Made by a program: the position numbers and the translations under genes
Source: Cenococcum geophilum
Lineage: Eukaryota
Direction: 5' to 3'
Assembly: GCA_050273025.1 (NCBI GenBank)
Contig: CP158635.1
Span: 20,088,001-20,152,000, forward strand
Length of the DNA: 64,000 nucleotides
Notes under the pieces: generated by a model
What the model saw: only the letters and a program-made list of their open reading frames with translations
Database searches by the model: none
Told to the model about the DNA's origin: nothing
Shown here: positions 1-11,857 of the stretch, piece by piece
How positions within the stretch are numbered: the first letter of the stretch is position 1
Layout of the letters: the number at the start of each line of letters is the position of its first letter

Positions 1-1700
1 TTATTATCCGGAAGATCCTTATTAAATCTATCCTTCTATAAAAGTAACCCAGGCGTCATTACTATATTATAGCATATAAAGTAGCTGCTTAAGGAGCTGC
101 TAGCTATTTATACTAGTTTTTTCCCAGTAGAAGAACTATCTTCTCTCCATTCAACCATTTTTTACTAAAATACCTCTTCTATTTCTAACACTATTGCACC
201 TTCTATACTATATAGAAATTTAAGTTCTTTAGTTTTATAATTACACTTTATATATTAAATTTGGAGCTCGCCTAGAACAACTTTTAGTTTTTGGTCATTA
301 AAGCCAATAGTATCCCAGTTACGGCGAATAAGAAAATTCATAAGAATTAGGCCACTAACCTTAACCAATTCTTTATATGTCGTAGACTGCGAGGCACTTT
401 TAGGGTTACTCCTTCCCTGCTTTAAAAATTAGGTCCATAGTTTAGCTATTTTATTAACTTCCACGGACGTGCATTTTCTAAAAATGCTAGGGTTAGCTTA
501 AGCGGTTGCCCAATCTATATCTTTAAGGGCGCTTATAATAAATTAGCATATATCTATAACACCATTCTCTATTACTGTGCTAGAGCTTAGGCAAAGAATC
601 TTAGGTATAGAGGTACCCCCATTTTTTTTTAAGAGCGAAGGAATTAGTTAATATAAATTTCTTAATTTTTTTTTATTATAAAACTTATCCTATAAGATTC
701 TGCTAAAGAGCGTAGTTACAACGGTCTATATACCTCTATAGGGGGCCGTTAAAGAACTATAAGCAGGGCGTTTTCTTTTTACCTATAAGAGTCTAACTAT
801 TATTCATTACATCGTAATCTAACTAGTCCCCTAAAGTCCCCATTTAAAGCCATTCCTAAGGGTTTAGTCGCGCCATTTCTTTATACACACCTTCTATCTT
901 ATAGGACATTGCAAACCGTAGTAGCGTCTACTCTTTTATTATAAGCGTAGAGTCCTTAAATAATAAGATATAATTATCTCTCTAGCCAGTAATCACACTT
1001 AGAATTATAATGACTAGATTTACACTATGCTATCTTTATATTATAGATATAGCGTTTTAGTTTATATATAAGTATAAAAAAGGCATCTTGTCCTAGCTAG
1101 GATACTCGGTATCTTTAGCCTAGTTATTCTCCTATAGATACTAATTCGTATTCCCAGCTACTTAATTAGCAGCCACTTCGTCTAGGTTTATAGCAGAGTA
1201 ATAACTAAGGACAATAGTTAAGTACGCGGTTATAATTTTTCCGGTTCCTACACTATTAGCAAAAACCCTACCGTTTAGTTAGTGCGCTCCTAGTAGAATA
1301 TCTTAGATACGCTATACAGCTAGTATGGGAATAATTTAAACCTTAGATTTAGACCCCATTTACTAAAAATGGGGACCAGGTTCTTCGCTAAGACGGCCTT
1401 TTTAGAAACTCTGTATAGCTTAGCCAAACATTTATACATCTATTACTCTATTTATTAAACCTTACCTCCTGCTTTGGCTATAGCGGCCTCTTAAAATCTA
1501 AAAAGAGCTAATATTAGTCTAATTCAAGATATACTCCATATAACTATATGCTTATACCTTTACGCAATAGGCATTATAGCCTATATCTCCTTAGCTTAAG
1601 TTATATTATCCTTAAGCGCATTTTTACCTAAGGTATCTTTAATCGCATTAATTTCTATAGTTTTACTAAGGAAAGCTTTTATGGGTATAAAGTTTAATTA
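1..1700 (-). pseudogene. SNF2/SWI2-family ATPase (helicase-like), RIP-degraded, runs off left edge; 5' start unresolved (may extend to ~3000)
   Basis: Minus-strand translation gives ordered SNF2 motifs: FKLFPY*LYSV (Q motif); GRVFANSVGTGKII at ~1272-1231 (motif I, after a 1-nt frameshift); NLVIIILSVITG*REI (Ia); FSRIL*DKFYNKKN at ~707-666 (II, de-RIP DEFH); KILCLSSSTVIENG (III); FLIRR at ~340-320. Confidence 0.8.
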
Positions 1701-3499
1701 TTATATAGAGTCTAAGCTAATTAGGGATATAAAGTAGTTTTGCTCTTAGGAGTATCGCAATTATTTTTACCGTGCTCTATATCGTTAGGATTATCCATAG
1801 GCTAGATAACTAGATTATTGCGGCTGTTCCTAGCAGCTTGCCGTAGCTTACCACAGTTTGCCGTAGTTTGCCCATAGATACCTCTAGTAGGTTGCTCCCT
1901 TTTATAATTACGTTTCTTCGGACTTAATAAACTTAGAATACCACTATGTGTTAATAAGATGGATAAAGCATTACTCTTATTCTCGCTATCTTTATTAATA
2001 AACTTAATATCTAAGTGCTTGCGGATCGGCTTAGGCATAATCTTCTACCGTTTCTTAAGTGCGGCCTTAATGCGTAAATACTGGTAAATTAAAGTATTAG
2101 CAATTCTAAGAGGGTTTATACCCCACTTATTTAGTAATTAGTACGGTACTTTTATAATTAAATGCTTAACTATAATTATTAGTATATAGCTAGCTAGATG
2201 TTATTAAAGGGACTTACAATCCGTACTCTTAAGTAGAAATTCCACTCTACTCCTATTATATAGCATACACTACTAAAATATAGCTTATAGTGGCCCTCGC
2301 CAGGTAATATAAACCTCCTTATTAGTAACCACGTTAAGCTAGGTAATTTTATCCTTATTTAAAATAAAACCTACTAATACTACAACCTCTTAAAATAGCA
2401 AGAAACTAATTTCTTTAACTATTAGTGTTTCTATATTGCCTTTTAAAATTTATAGACTTTATAAAGCTCTACTATGCTTTAGGTAATTAGGTTTATTCTT
2501 TAAAACTAGAAGGTTATATTTTTAAATAAAAACGGCTTATTTAGTAATATAAAACCATATAATTTAGAGATTGGCTTAAAAGTAAATATACATACCAGCG
2601 TTATTATAGGTTTAAATTAGGTTTAACTCTAACTTTTAGGTTCCGACTTTATATTATTTTACCATTTAATAGCATTGGTTCTCTAAGATAATATAAAAGG
2701 AATAATAGCCTATCTAGACTAGCTATTTAAAGCACGTTCCTTCTTAGGTAAGTTACTAAGAATCTTCTAAATAAACTAATCGCGCGGCACTTTATCTTTG
2801 GCAGTATAAAATATAGATTTTTTAAGCCCAGCCTCTTATATATTATCTAGGATTATATCTCTTAATTTCCTTAAGGCAACAAGTATTAATATCCCATCCC
2901 TTCGTGATATCTTAAGTTCTTTATTATAATATATAAAGATACTAAGATGGAATAAAGAAGGAGTGGAGCGTTACTATATAAAAGTAGAAGAATCTAGTTA
3001 GTATTTGGTAAAGGTATAAGTCTAAAGTAGGTAAGTGAGATAAACCAATTATAAGAGTTAATCTACTAGGCAGATTACCATAGTTTTAAAGAGTAAGTCG
3101 CAGCTTAAAGTAGCAATTAGTGGTTAAACTAATTAATTAACTAATTAATATCGCATAGAGGTGCCGTGCGAGAGTTGGTTAAGGTAGTAGAGGTAAAGAG
3201 TGTAAAGTAAAGTAAATAAGCCTAAGGTAAATGCTCTTGCTAATAGAATATAACGCGTACATTAAAGGGCAATTTACTATAGCAGATTGCCGCTAAATAC
3301 GCTTCCTCTAGTTATAGAAAATATTCTTTATAAATAACCAGCATAATAGGCGGAGTTAAAAGTATATTAAAATATATAACCTAAAAATAAGGGTTAATAC
3401 GCCTAGGACGTTTTGCCTACCTAAAATTAATATTTTAGCTTAATTAAGACCGCTTTAATACACCCCTTTAAGTAAGGCTCCTAGTAAATAATTAAAACT

Positions 3500-4330
3500 C
3501 TAAATAGTATTAGATTTAAAGCTATAAGGACTGCTACTATATACCGCGTATATTCGCAACTACAAAAACAATTATATCCTTAGAGGCTTTAAGCGTTTGT
3601 TATATTATATACTTTAATAGTCCCACATTCCAAACTAGTATAATTATTAGTATATCTGCCTATAACTCCTCCATCTCTAGGTTAACTCTAGCGTCCTAGG
3701 CAATATTAAGAAATTTAGGGAAATCTAGAAGACTCGTCCACCCTTCTACTAAGTTAGTTCGAAGTAGACTAGCACCTAAGTCTATATAAATTATAGACCG
3801 TAGTATATTCTTTAAATCTCGACATATATAGATTATAAAACCCTAAACGTTATATTTATTAACATATTTTAATAAAAGAGATTAATATACGTTCTGAGGC
3901 TCTGCATAAGGGTACCCTATAGCAGAATTTGTAGCTTTATACCGAAGTCCCAATTCAGCACTAGTCTGGCCAGCTTTCTTATACATATTTAACTGCGTGC
4001 AAGTAAGGAAATATTAGGCTACTTCCTTAGTCCACCTAACCAGAGCATTACTGGACTCTAGGATTTAGTTAACGATTTTAGCTATAATCTTACTTTAAAT
4101 AACGTAATTTATTCGGTCTCGGAAGCGTATAAATATTATATTACTCTTATTCACAATATCCTTAACTACCCCTTTAATCTCATATAAATAAGCGCTACTA
4201 ATACTAAACCCGGATATAATCTACTTATCCTTCCTAGGAGTTTTACCGGTAGACTTATACTATACCTCCTCTATAGTATACACACCATTTAATTATATTA
4301 TTGCTATACTAGGTGCGTATAGTGTTAGCA
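3500..4330 (-). pseudogene. Degenerate ORF of unknown function inside the Plavaka element
   Basis: Frame open except for RIP-type stops over the >110 codons read (NGVYTIEEV*YKSTGKTPRKDK*...LVRWTKEVA*YFLTCTQLNMYKK). No recognisable domain; bounds approximate. Confidence 0.45.
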
Positions 4331-4429
4331 AGGGACGCGGGATTAAAGGTTTATAAATGTTTAGTAGTTATAAATTAATTATAATAGGTACTGTAGGATA
4401 TAATACTGCTTTATATATTATTAGCGCTT

Positions 4430-7400
4430 AGGATAATATGCTATTTAGTATATTTAACTTATAATTTAAAAGGAGCAAGCCATTATAGTTAGTTATTAGA
4501 ATAGCTAGCAGATCACCACAGATTACGGCTATTAAATTAGTCATATAATATACTATCCTTTTTAGGCACAAACCCACCTATCTAATCTTAATAATAACGT
4601 AAGGAGCCATATTTATCGCTATTATAATAGGCTTAATAAATCGCTAGTGCCCTAAATATAAGCACACAATTTCTACTATAGGTAGATTGGCGCGACATAG
4701 GCCGTACTACAGGGCTGTGGGCACAGACTCTCTTAACCAACTAGATAATGTCTATCCTACAATTTAGGCTTAAGCGGATACCCGTAAAGACGACGAATTT
4801 ACCATAGAATAATGGGTACACAACCTTATAGCAACTAACACCGCTGTCAATAATACTTTATTAACCATTATAGGAAATACCGGCTTAATATTAGCAGAGG
4901 AGCTAAGCCATATAGCACCAGTAGAATAACCAACTAGTACTAAAACGCATAGTCACGCGGTAATAAGCCTCTCTACCTTAAATATTTATTATACCCAAAC
5001 TTATTATAAAGTAACTAGCCGCGATACAGGAACCCTACTCAGCCACCTAGAGGGGAACTCTAATTAGTAGTCTACCGCAGATCGCAACCACCTACTAAGG
5101 CCTAGCTAGCTAGCGGATAGAATAAATAAAGGCAATAACATATTTTATCCTTTCGTAAGCTCTGTAGAATAGGCGTAAGTTGCCTAGTAGGTACGCAATA
5201 GCATATTAGCAAAGGAAATAAACGCGTAGCTATAAGACCCCCGTATTAAAAATATAAGGGACGGATATATATCATACCAAAATATAAAAAAAGTCAAGAT
5301 AAAACTACATTCTATTTCTAAAGGTGTAAGTAATAAGAGCTAGCAAATCACAGAACTTAATATATACGGCAAAAACCTAAAGATATACCACTGTAATATA
5401 CTTAGCGTAGTAGCCTTCCTAATCGGTTATTTCCCATTTAAAGATAATATAGTTTATTCTCCTATTTATTAATTTAATATAAAGGGTAATAGAGTATATA
5501 ACGAGGCATATACGGCTAACCGTTAATAAAAGATCTAAGATTAATTACCTAATAGTGCGATAGCTATTATGGTAATACCTAGTAGCGACCAAACTAAGCT
5601 AACTACACTATCCGGAGACAAAAAGGCGCATCCGGTTTATATTATAATACTTAATATCCTATTAAAGACTTAACGTACAGCTAGCAGGCCAGTAATGCTT
5701 CTTCTAGGTTATATACCTACGGACTTACCAAGTAACCGGATAAACAAGCTGGATGTATACCATTAAGTAATAAGTATTATATTTAAACGTAAGTATTTAC
5801 CTTAGCAGTATATAGGTACTTAAGTTAATATAAAAGCTAGCCCTTAAACATGCTACTAGGCGCGGCATACCAATGCGATACATAGATAGGTTTATTAGGC
5901 AATGCTACCCTATACTTACTAGGTTTATAGCAGACTATAAAGAGTAGGTTATATTAATAGAAGTAAAATTAGGGTAATACTATATAATATATTATATACC
6001 GCCTTATAAACGAGGTAACCTACTAAGCACTATATCCAGCAAATAGCCGCAATAGACGCATAAATCGACCATTAAGCAACTTAAACAATAGCAAAACTTA
6101 CAGCTAGATTGCAGCGACCCTAAGTATATTAGGCCAATTTAAAATTTTACCTAGTCCCATTATATAGCGGATATACACGCTATAATAGCCCCTAATTTAC
6201 TATACTAGCTATATAAAGGCGTCACAAAGCATTTAATAAGCTGGCTTCGGGCACTACTACTTAATATTAAGAAAGGGAAAGGGAAGGTTCTAATAACTAA
6301 TTAGAGTAGTATAAAAACCCTATTATCTACTAAGAATAGGGTAGAACGTCTTCTAACCACACGATTCGCCAAGGTTAAACCCTTTTAGGGTATAATTAGG
6401 TGGGATAACTTCGCAGAGTTAAGCCAATGGACTAGAAAGATATATAAGTCCCTTCTTTATTAGATTATACCAGTTATAGCACCATTACTATATAGGAACG
6501 AAGGGGCAATACTATTTATTTATACTACAGTTAACTTTACATTATTAGCCGAATATAAATCACACGATAAAGATATAATTAAATATCTTAAAGCTGCATT
6601 ATATTAAATAGATAAGACCAAAAAGGCGTTCTTACCGTACTAACCTAATAATAAAAACCTACCCAATTTTAACATACCTAAACTTTATGCAATTTCCCAC
6701 TATCCGGAGATAATTTGTATATTTAGCGCCCTAATGGGAACTATAATAAAGCACGGCGAAAGGGCACATATTCCTTAGAAGAATTTCTATTAAAGATTAA
6801 ATAAGCGTAAAGGGTATAAGGAGTAAATAATTTATCTTAATACAGAATTAATAAACACTATAGTAATACAAAAGATAGAGCTATGGGAAAATATAAGGCT
6901 AATACCAGCAGCTAATACTATAGAAGATTTATACATTATATTATTATTAGGCATAGTTAAGCTAACAAACAAGCCGTATAGATAGGATTGCTGCTAGTCT
7001 ACTAACTAAATATTTTCAATATGCGGAATAAACCCAAACTTATAGCGCAAAGCCAGCGAAATTCAGACTAGGCTAGGTATTAATGAATTTATTATAAAAC
7101 TAGCTTTATTTATGCGGGAATATTATAAGCAAGTTAATAGTATATAAGTAACGGATTCGGACATTAAGCGCCTTAAAAGGGATGCAGCCTAGGCATAAGA
7201 TTTACCTATTAGTATTCATCACTCTATAACATACCACATTTAACGCAGTAAAGACTCCCGTAATCTCAATCGACCATATAAAGTACGGGCATACTATAAC
7301 CCAGTCTAGATGCGGACTACTGCCCTATAAAGGGACCAAGTTCTTATATAAGAATATAAGAACGCACTAGATAGAATGAAGGGAACATAGGCTGCCTGTC

Positions 7401-7840
7401 TAGAATTGCTAGTATTAGTACAGGACTTAAAGCGTATAGATAAGAATGGTAGATACTAAGTATACTATAGAGCACTTTTTAAGCTATTCCGTCCATGCAA
7501 CGGAGGCAAGGTAGATCCTTTTAATGGGATAATTAAAGTAGAACGATTTCTTACGAATATAGTACAAAATAGACGAAACCTAGACGGCTACTAAATATAC
7601 AACATTTCCTATATCGAGAGACCCATACAATTAATACCAACTTCGCTAGATAAAAGAAGAACGTTCTAAATAAACTCATATACAGATTGGGATATATATA
7701 ATCAATTCTACAATAACAATTTTCTTTAGATTAATAGCATACGCGCAGATAAGTTTATAAAGAAACAAAAATCTAAAACTAAGCTTCTAATTAAATTATA
7801 GGAGGTCTTAAAACGAAAACGAAAACGGCTAACGTAATTA
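4430..7840 (+). pseudogene. Plavaka-family transposase, RIP-degraded, with at least one intron
   Basis: YPFVSSVE*A (~5146); RVYNEAYTAN at 5491; SSDQTKLTTLSGDKKAHPVY at 5581; LLGYIP; intron gtaagt..ctag at ~5789-5840; QCYPILTRFIADYKE*; PNLLY*LYKGVTKHLISW; SQWTRK; FNIPKLYAISHYPE; INSYTDWDIYN near 7680. The 5' bound is approximate. Confidence 0.88.
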
Positions 7841-7999
7841 ATAGGGAATCCGGTATATTTAATCCCTAGGAATCTAGGCAAATTAGCTATAAGATAAGGC
7901 AAGATAAAAAGAAGTTAAAAAAGCCGTTGGTTAGCTTAAAGGTAAAGGCGGCGTGTCCAATATATAGGTAAATTAAGTAGTAAAGGGGCTTATTAGAGT

Positions 8000-8537
8000 A
8001 AGAGGCTGGCTAGCTAAACGTATTTTTACGGATTTTGTATTAGCAGAGTAGTATAATAGCCCCCCCTCTTCTAGCTTTCTCTTCCAATTTGCCGTATGTT
8101 TTTCTTTAACAGGCTTCATTTTTGTAATAATCTCTACCTTTATAGTCTAAGCTTCTTCTATCTATTCGTAATCGAGTATATTAACTCTATTAACACTTAG
8201 GGCTAAATTAATAGCTAATCTTTATAACCGTCGCTTCTTAATATATAGAATAGCCTTATATTGCTCCTCTATAAAGGCTCTTCTTAAGTTTTAAATATAA
8301 AACAACTTTATTAGCTTATCGCCTAAGCTAATACGCTTTAAGGGAGATTCTAAGTAGAAAAAGGCGGAAATAGCGCGATTAAACTAACTCTACGTCTTGG
8401 GTGTATCTATAGGCTAACTAAGTATAAAGGGGAGCTCCAGAGTACGTCTTAATAAAGAAGGAGAATAAGAATAACCGTCAAGCACTTACTACTTAGGTAG
8501 TATTAACCTACTAAACCGCCAGAAAAGGTTAGCCATA
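8000..8537 (-). pseudogene. Short degenerate ORF, basic, unknown function
   Basis: Reads MANLFWRF...PIDTPKT*S*FNRAISAFF...EEQYKAILYIKKRRL with mostly RIP-type stops. Confidence 0.3.
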
Positions 8538-8823
8538 TCCATATAAATTGGTTAAATTCTTACATTTTTTACAGGCAGTTATAACGCTCTTACCCATAAA
8601 GATTAGCTCTAGTGCTTGCTTATTAATAGGAATTCTTAATATTACGGCAATCTGCCGCAATTTGCCCTAAATAGGCTAGTAATAGGCCCAAGCTCCCTAG
8701 TAGAACATTAAAATCTACCCCTTTACTCCTCTATTTCATTAACTACATCTATACTAGCAAATATATAATCTAAAAGTATCATACTTTATCTTTACATCTT
8801 TATTAACTTTTTTAACTTCTCCT

Positions 8824-11250
8824 ATGTTAGTTATGCCGAAGGTTTACTAACCTCTACTATCCTAAATAAATACAACTACAGCTTCCAAAAAGAATAAGGT
8901 ATAGACTACCCTCCATATAACTGCTCGAAATACTAATATATACCTACCACTAAGGTAAAGGCAAAAGAAATAGCAATGCTAGTGCGAGAAGAATCTAGAA
9001 ACGTATACGCGAACGGCAGTCGGGCTAAAGTACTATAAACAGTACATACACGGTAGCATGCAGCTAACTTTAGCAGACGGCTATATATGGCGATAGAGTA
9101 TCCAGGGATAGTATCCTAAAACGTCAGTTAGATATAAATAGCGATTCTAAAGAAGATAGAGGCCTAATGCCCCAGGGAAGAGCGCATCGTCAAAAACTCC
9201 AGCAGAGTTCAGACAAAGAATCTCTAGATCTACACACACAGAATTTAACCATAGTATCTATTACATAGACTCTATTCCTTTACACCCGCTAACGCTTTAA
9301 CAGCGGTCACAAGTCCTAAATCACCCCAATAAGCGGCTCCAATTCCACCGTCCCTCCACTAAAGAGCTTATCTTTAGTGCCAAAGATAACTCTACAGCCG
9401 AGTCGTTTTACACAGCGCCTATACGCAGTAATAAACCGCAGAAGTCTTAATATAGTATAGTTAGAAGATAGCAAGAAATAAGTCGTAGCAGTAAACCCAA
9501 ATTAAAACCTACGGATAAACTAATATCAAAAGCTGCTATACGCTTCTTTCTAATATTTATAATATTAGGCAAGGCTCCTAGTGGTCTTTCTCTTACACTA
9601 TGGCTAGAAGGGAACATAAAGACTCTAGAAAAGACAATAGACTTAGTATAGGATAAAGCAGTGGAGTATAATAGGGTTTCTAAAGGCGACGGTTCTAGCT
9701 AGGCTATGCAAAAACCGTCGCCATTAATGTATCGCATGGTAAGCTACCTCTTATTGCTTCTATATATACTAATATAAAATAGATATATAATAGCATTAGC
9801 CAGTTCCAGTCTTACCTGTTAAAACGCATACAAGATTGCGTAAAAGCTAAGTACTTATTTAGAAAGCTCTCTTAGTAGGAAACAATTACTAAAGTAGAAG
9901 AGCTACTCTATATAGATAACTTTTAATACTCTAAGACAGTACGCATAGCTATACTACCTTAGCACCCTTCTTATTATTTACAGGGCAAGCAATCCCGCTT
10001 TATAGCACCGGTTATTATAGCCAGTCTATCTAAGTTATTCTTTAAAGGAAAGTAGCAATTTAGGTTCGGTATAGATACGCAGCACTTTCTGCGCCTAATT
10101 AGCTCCGGGGCTGTTATACTAATTTATATAATAATCCGCCACATTATTAATAAATGGAAAAGTAGTAGTTTTACCCAACAAAAGTTTAAAGCAGGTGCCA
10201 ATCTTAACAGTAATTTATTCTTTCTCTACCCTTATTCTAACTACCTAGGCTACGCTATAACTAACTCTAATATTAGCCACATAGGAACGGATAAAGGCTA
10301 TATAGGCAGATTAGTCAACAGAGCGCCAGAACCAGATTTTAGGGCTTCTATAACAGGGCATCTTAAAAAGACTTTAAGTAACTATACACAACGACCCTAC
10401 TGCATAAGTAATTCCAAATCTATTTAAATATAGTCTTAATAATCTTTCTAACCTAGACTCTAATTATAACGCAGGATTCAATAAGCAGCGCTTTAATATA
10501 CTTCTACCGGTATACGACTACTTATAATAACAGTTCTGGACTAATACTTATATCTAGGTACTTAACGCGTCCCTTTCCTTAAACTTAGATACCTCCCGCC
10601 TTTCCGGCACTGTTACTCAGCCTAATACATCCTATAACATGTCGCCTAATTAGACCAACCACAGTACTAATTACTAAGGCGGTAGGCCTAACGATATTAG
10701 CAACCCTAATAGCGGTATAGATAGCGGGATTAATATAAATAAGTGTTGTAACGAATATAGTGGAGTTAATATAGATAAAGATGGCGATGCGGATAATAGA
10801 ACGGATATAGCTCTAGGTAGAAATATAGATGATTAGAATGGTGCAAGAAAGGGGGGTAATAAATATAATAGAGTGGACATAGGCAATAATACTAGCGTAA
10901 ATAGTGGAGAAGATATAGATAAGGATAGTGGCGCCAGCAATAATTTTAGAAATAATACCTATAAGCTTGTCTTTAAAGGTATAAAATTGCGGAATCGGAA
11001 ACGTACCATTAATATACCATATCACTAGAATTACGAACAGTTAATGGTTACAGTTAAGCCATTTAGAAAGATGCTTAGGGCTAAACCTAATACAAGTCTT
11101 TGGTATACTATTAGAAAGGGGGTTAAGTCTATACTATTTAATAATAAGGATCTAGATATCTTTAGAACAAGGGTAAAGAAGGGGCTAGGCAAGGCAAATG
11201 CTTTATAGTCTATAATAGGTTTAGAGGAGTAGCTATTTTATATAGTGATT
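8824..11250 (+). pseudogene. DUF6532-like protein with Ser/Pro-rich N-part and acidic C-tail, RIP-degraded, probably spliced
   Basis: ~9990-10205 reads RFIAPVIIASLSKLFFKGK..FRFGIDTQHFLRLISSGAVILIYIIIRHIINKWKSSSFTQQKF, resembling from memory the DUF6532 pattern (F.HP.I..FF...G...F..I...IAL...I..W.TG). Acidic relic at 10750-10980. Confidence 0.45.
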
Positions 11251-11332
11251 ATAATATAAATATATTTTTAAAGGCATATTATAGCAATCTATGGCAATCT
11301 ATAGCAGTATATTATAATTTAGAGAAATATAT

Positions 11333-11608
11333 ATAATTTATACAGTTCGTACAGTTTATACAGTTCGTATAGTTTATATAGTTTATACAATTCGTATAGT
11401 TCGTACAGTTTATATAATTCGTACAGTTTATACAGTTTATACAATTCGTACAGTTCGTACAGTTTGTACAGTTCGTACAGTTTATACAGTTTATACAATT
11501 CGTACAGTTCGTACAGTTTATACAATTCATACAGTTCGTACAGTTTATACAATTCGTATAGTTCGTACAGTTTATACAATTCGTATAGTTCGTACAGTTT
11601 ATACAGTT
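11333..11608. repeat. 9-bp minisatellite (ACAGTTCGT/ACAGTTTAT/ACAATTCGT), about 30 units
   Basis: Directly visible; it generates the spurious CIN/CTN and YEL/YKL ORFs. Confidence 0.95.
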
Positions 11609-11665
11609 TGCGCGCTATTTATTTATAGGGTAGCAAAATGCTAGCATTAGTTTGGAAGTTAAGCG

Positions 11666-11795
11666 TTTTGCCGCAATTTGCCGCAATTTGCTATCGGATG
11701 CTGCAATTTTATTGCGAAACGCGCAAATCGCTAACGACCATATACGACCACCGCGATCGTACAGTTTGCCGCAATTTGCCGCAATTTGCCGCAAA
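11666..11795. repeat. Subterminal 10-bp repeats TTTGCCGCAA in two clusters
   Basis: ttttgccgcaatttgccgcaatttgc at ~11666 and tttgccgcaatttgccgcaatttgccgcaa at ~11765. Confidence 0.9.
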
Positions 11796-11857
11796 CCGCA
11801 ACAACCAGCCCCAAAAAAAATTTCCTAATATAACTATACGCAGATAGGTAATAAGTA

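Larger units (their letters stand above)
1..11857 (+). mobile_element. Large RIP-inactivated Plavaka-type (CACTA/EnSpm-related) DNA element, right part; left end outside window
   Basis: Contains a Plavaka transposase relic and several other degenerate ORFs. Subterminal 9-bp and 10-bp arrays at 11.3-11.8 kb. Abrupt junction at ~11857 (...taagta, possibly RIP of ...AGTG) into the middle of a hAT transposase. Unity of the whole span is inferred because the left TIR/TSD is not visible. Confidence 0.6.

Noticed and set aside
11312..11579. Cys-rich (CIN/CTN) and YEL/YKL ORFs, or a CRISPR-like array
   Set aside because: Translations of a 9-bp minisatellite; no unique spacers; eukaryotic context.
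1..11857. Starship giant transposon
   Set aside because: No tyrosine recombinase captain visible; the recognisable mobiliser is a Plavaka transposase. The left end lies outside the window, so enclosure in a larger element cannot be excluded.
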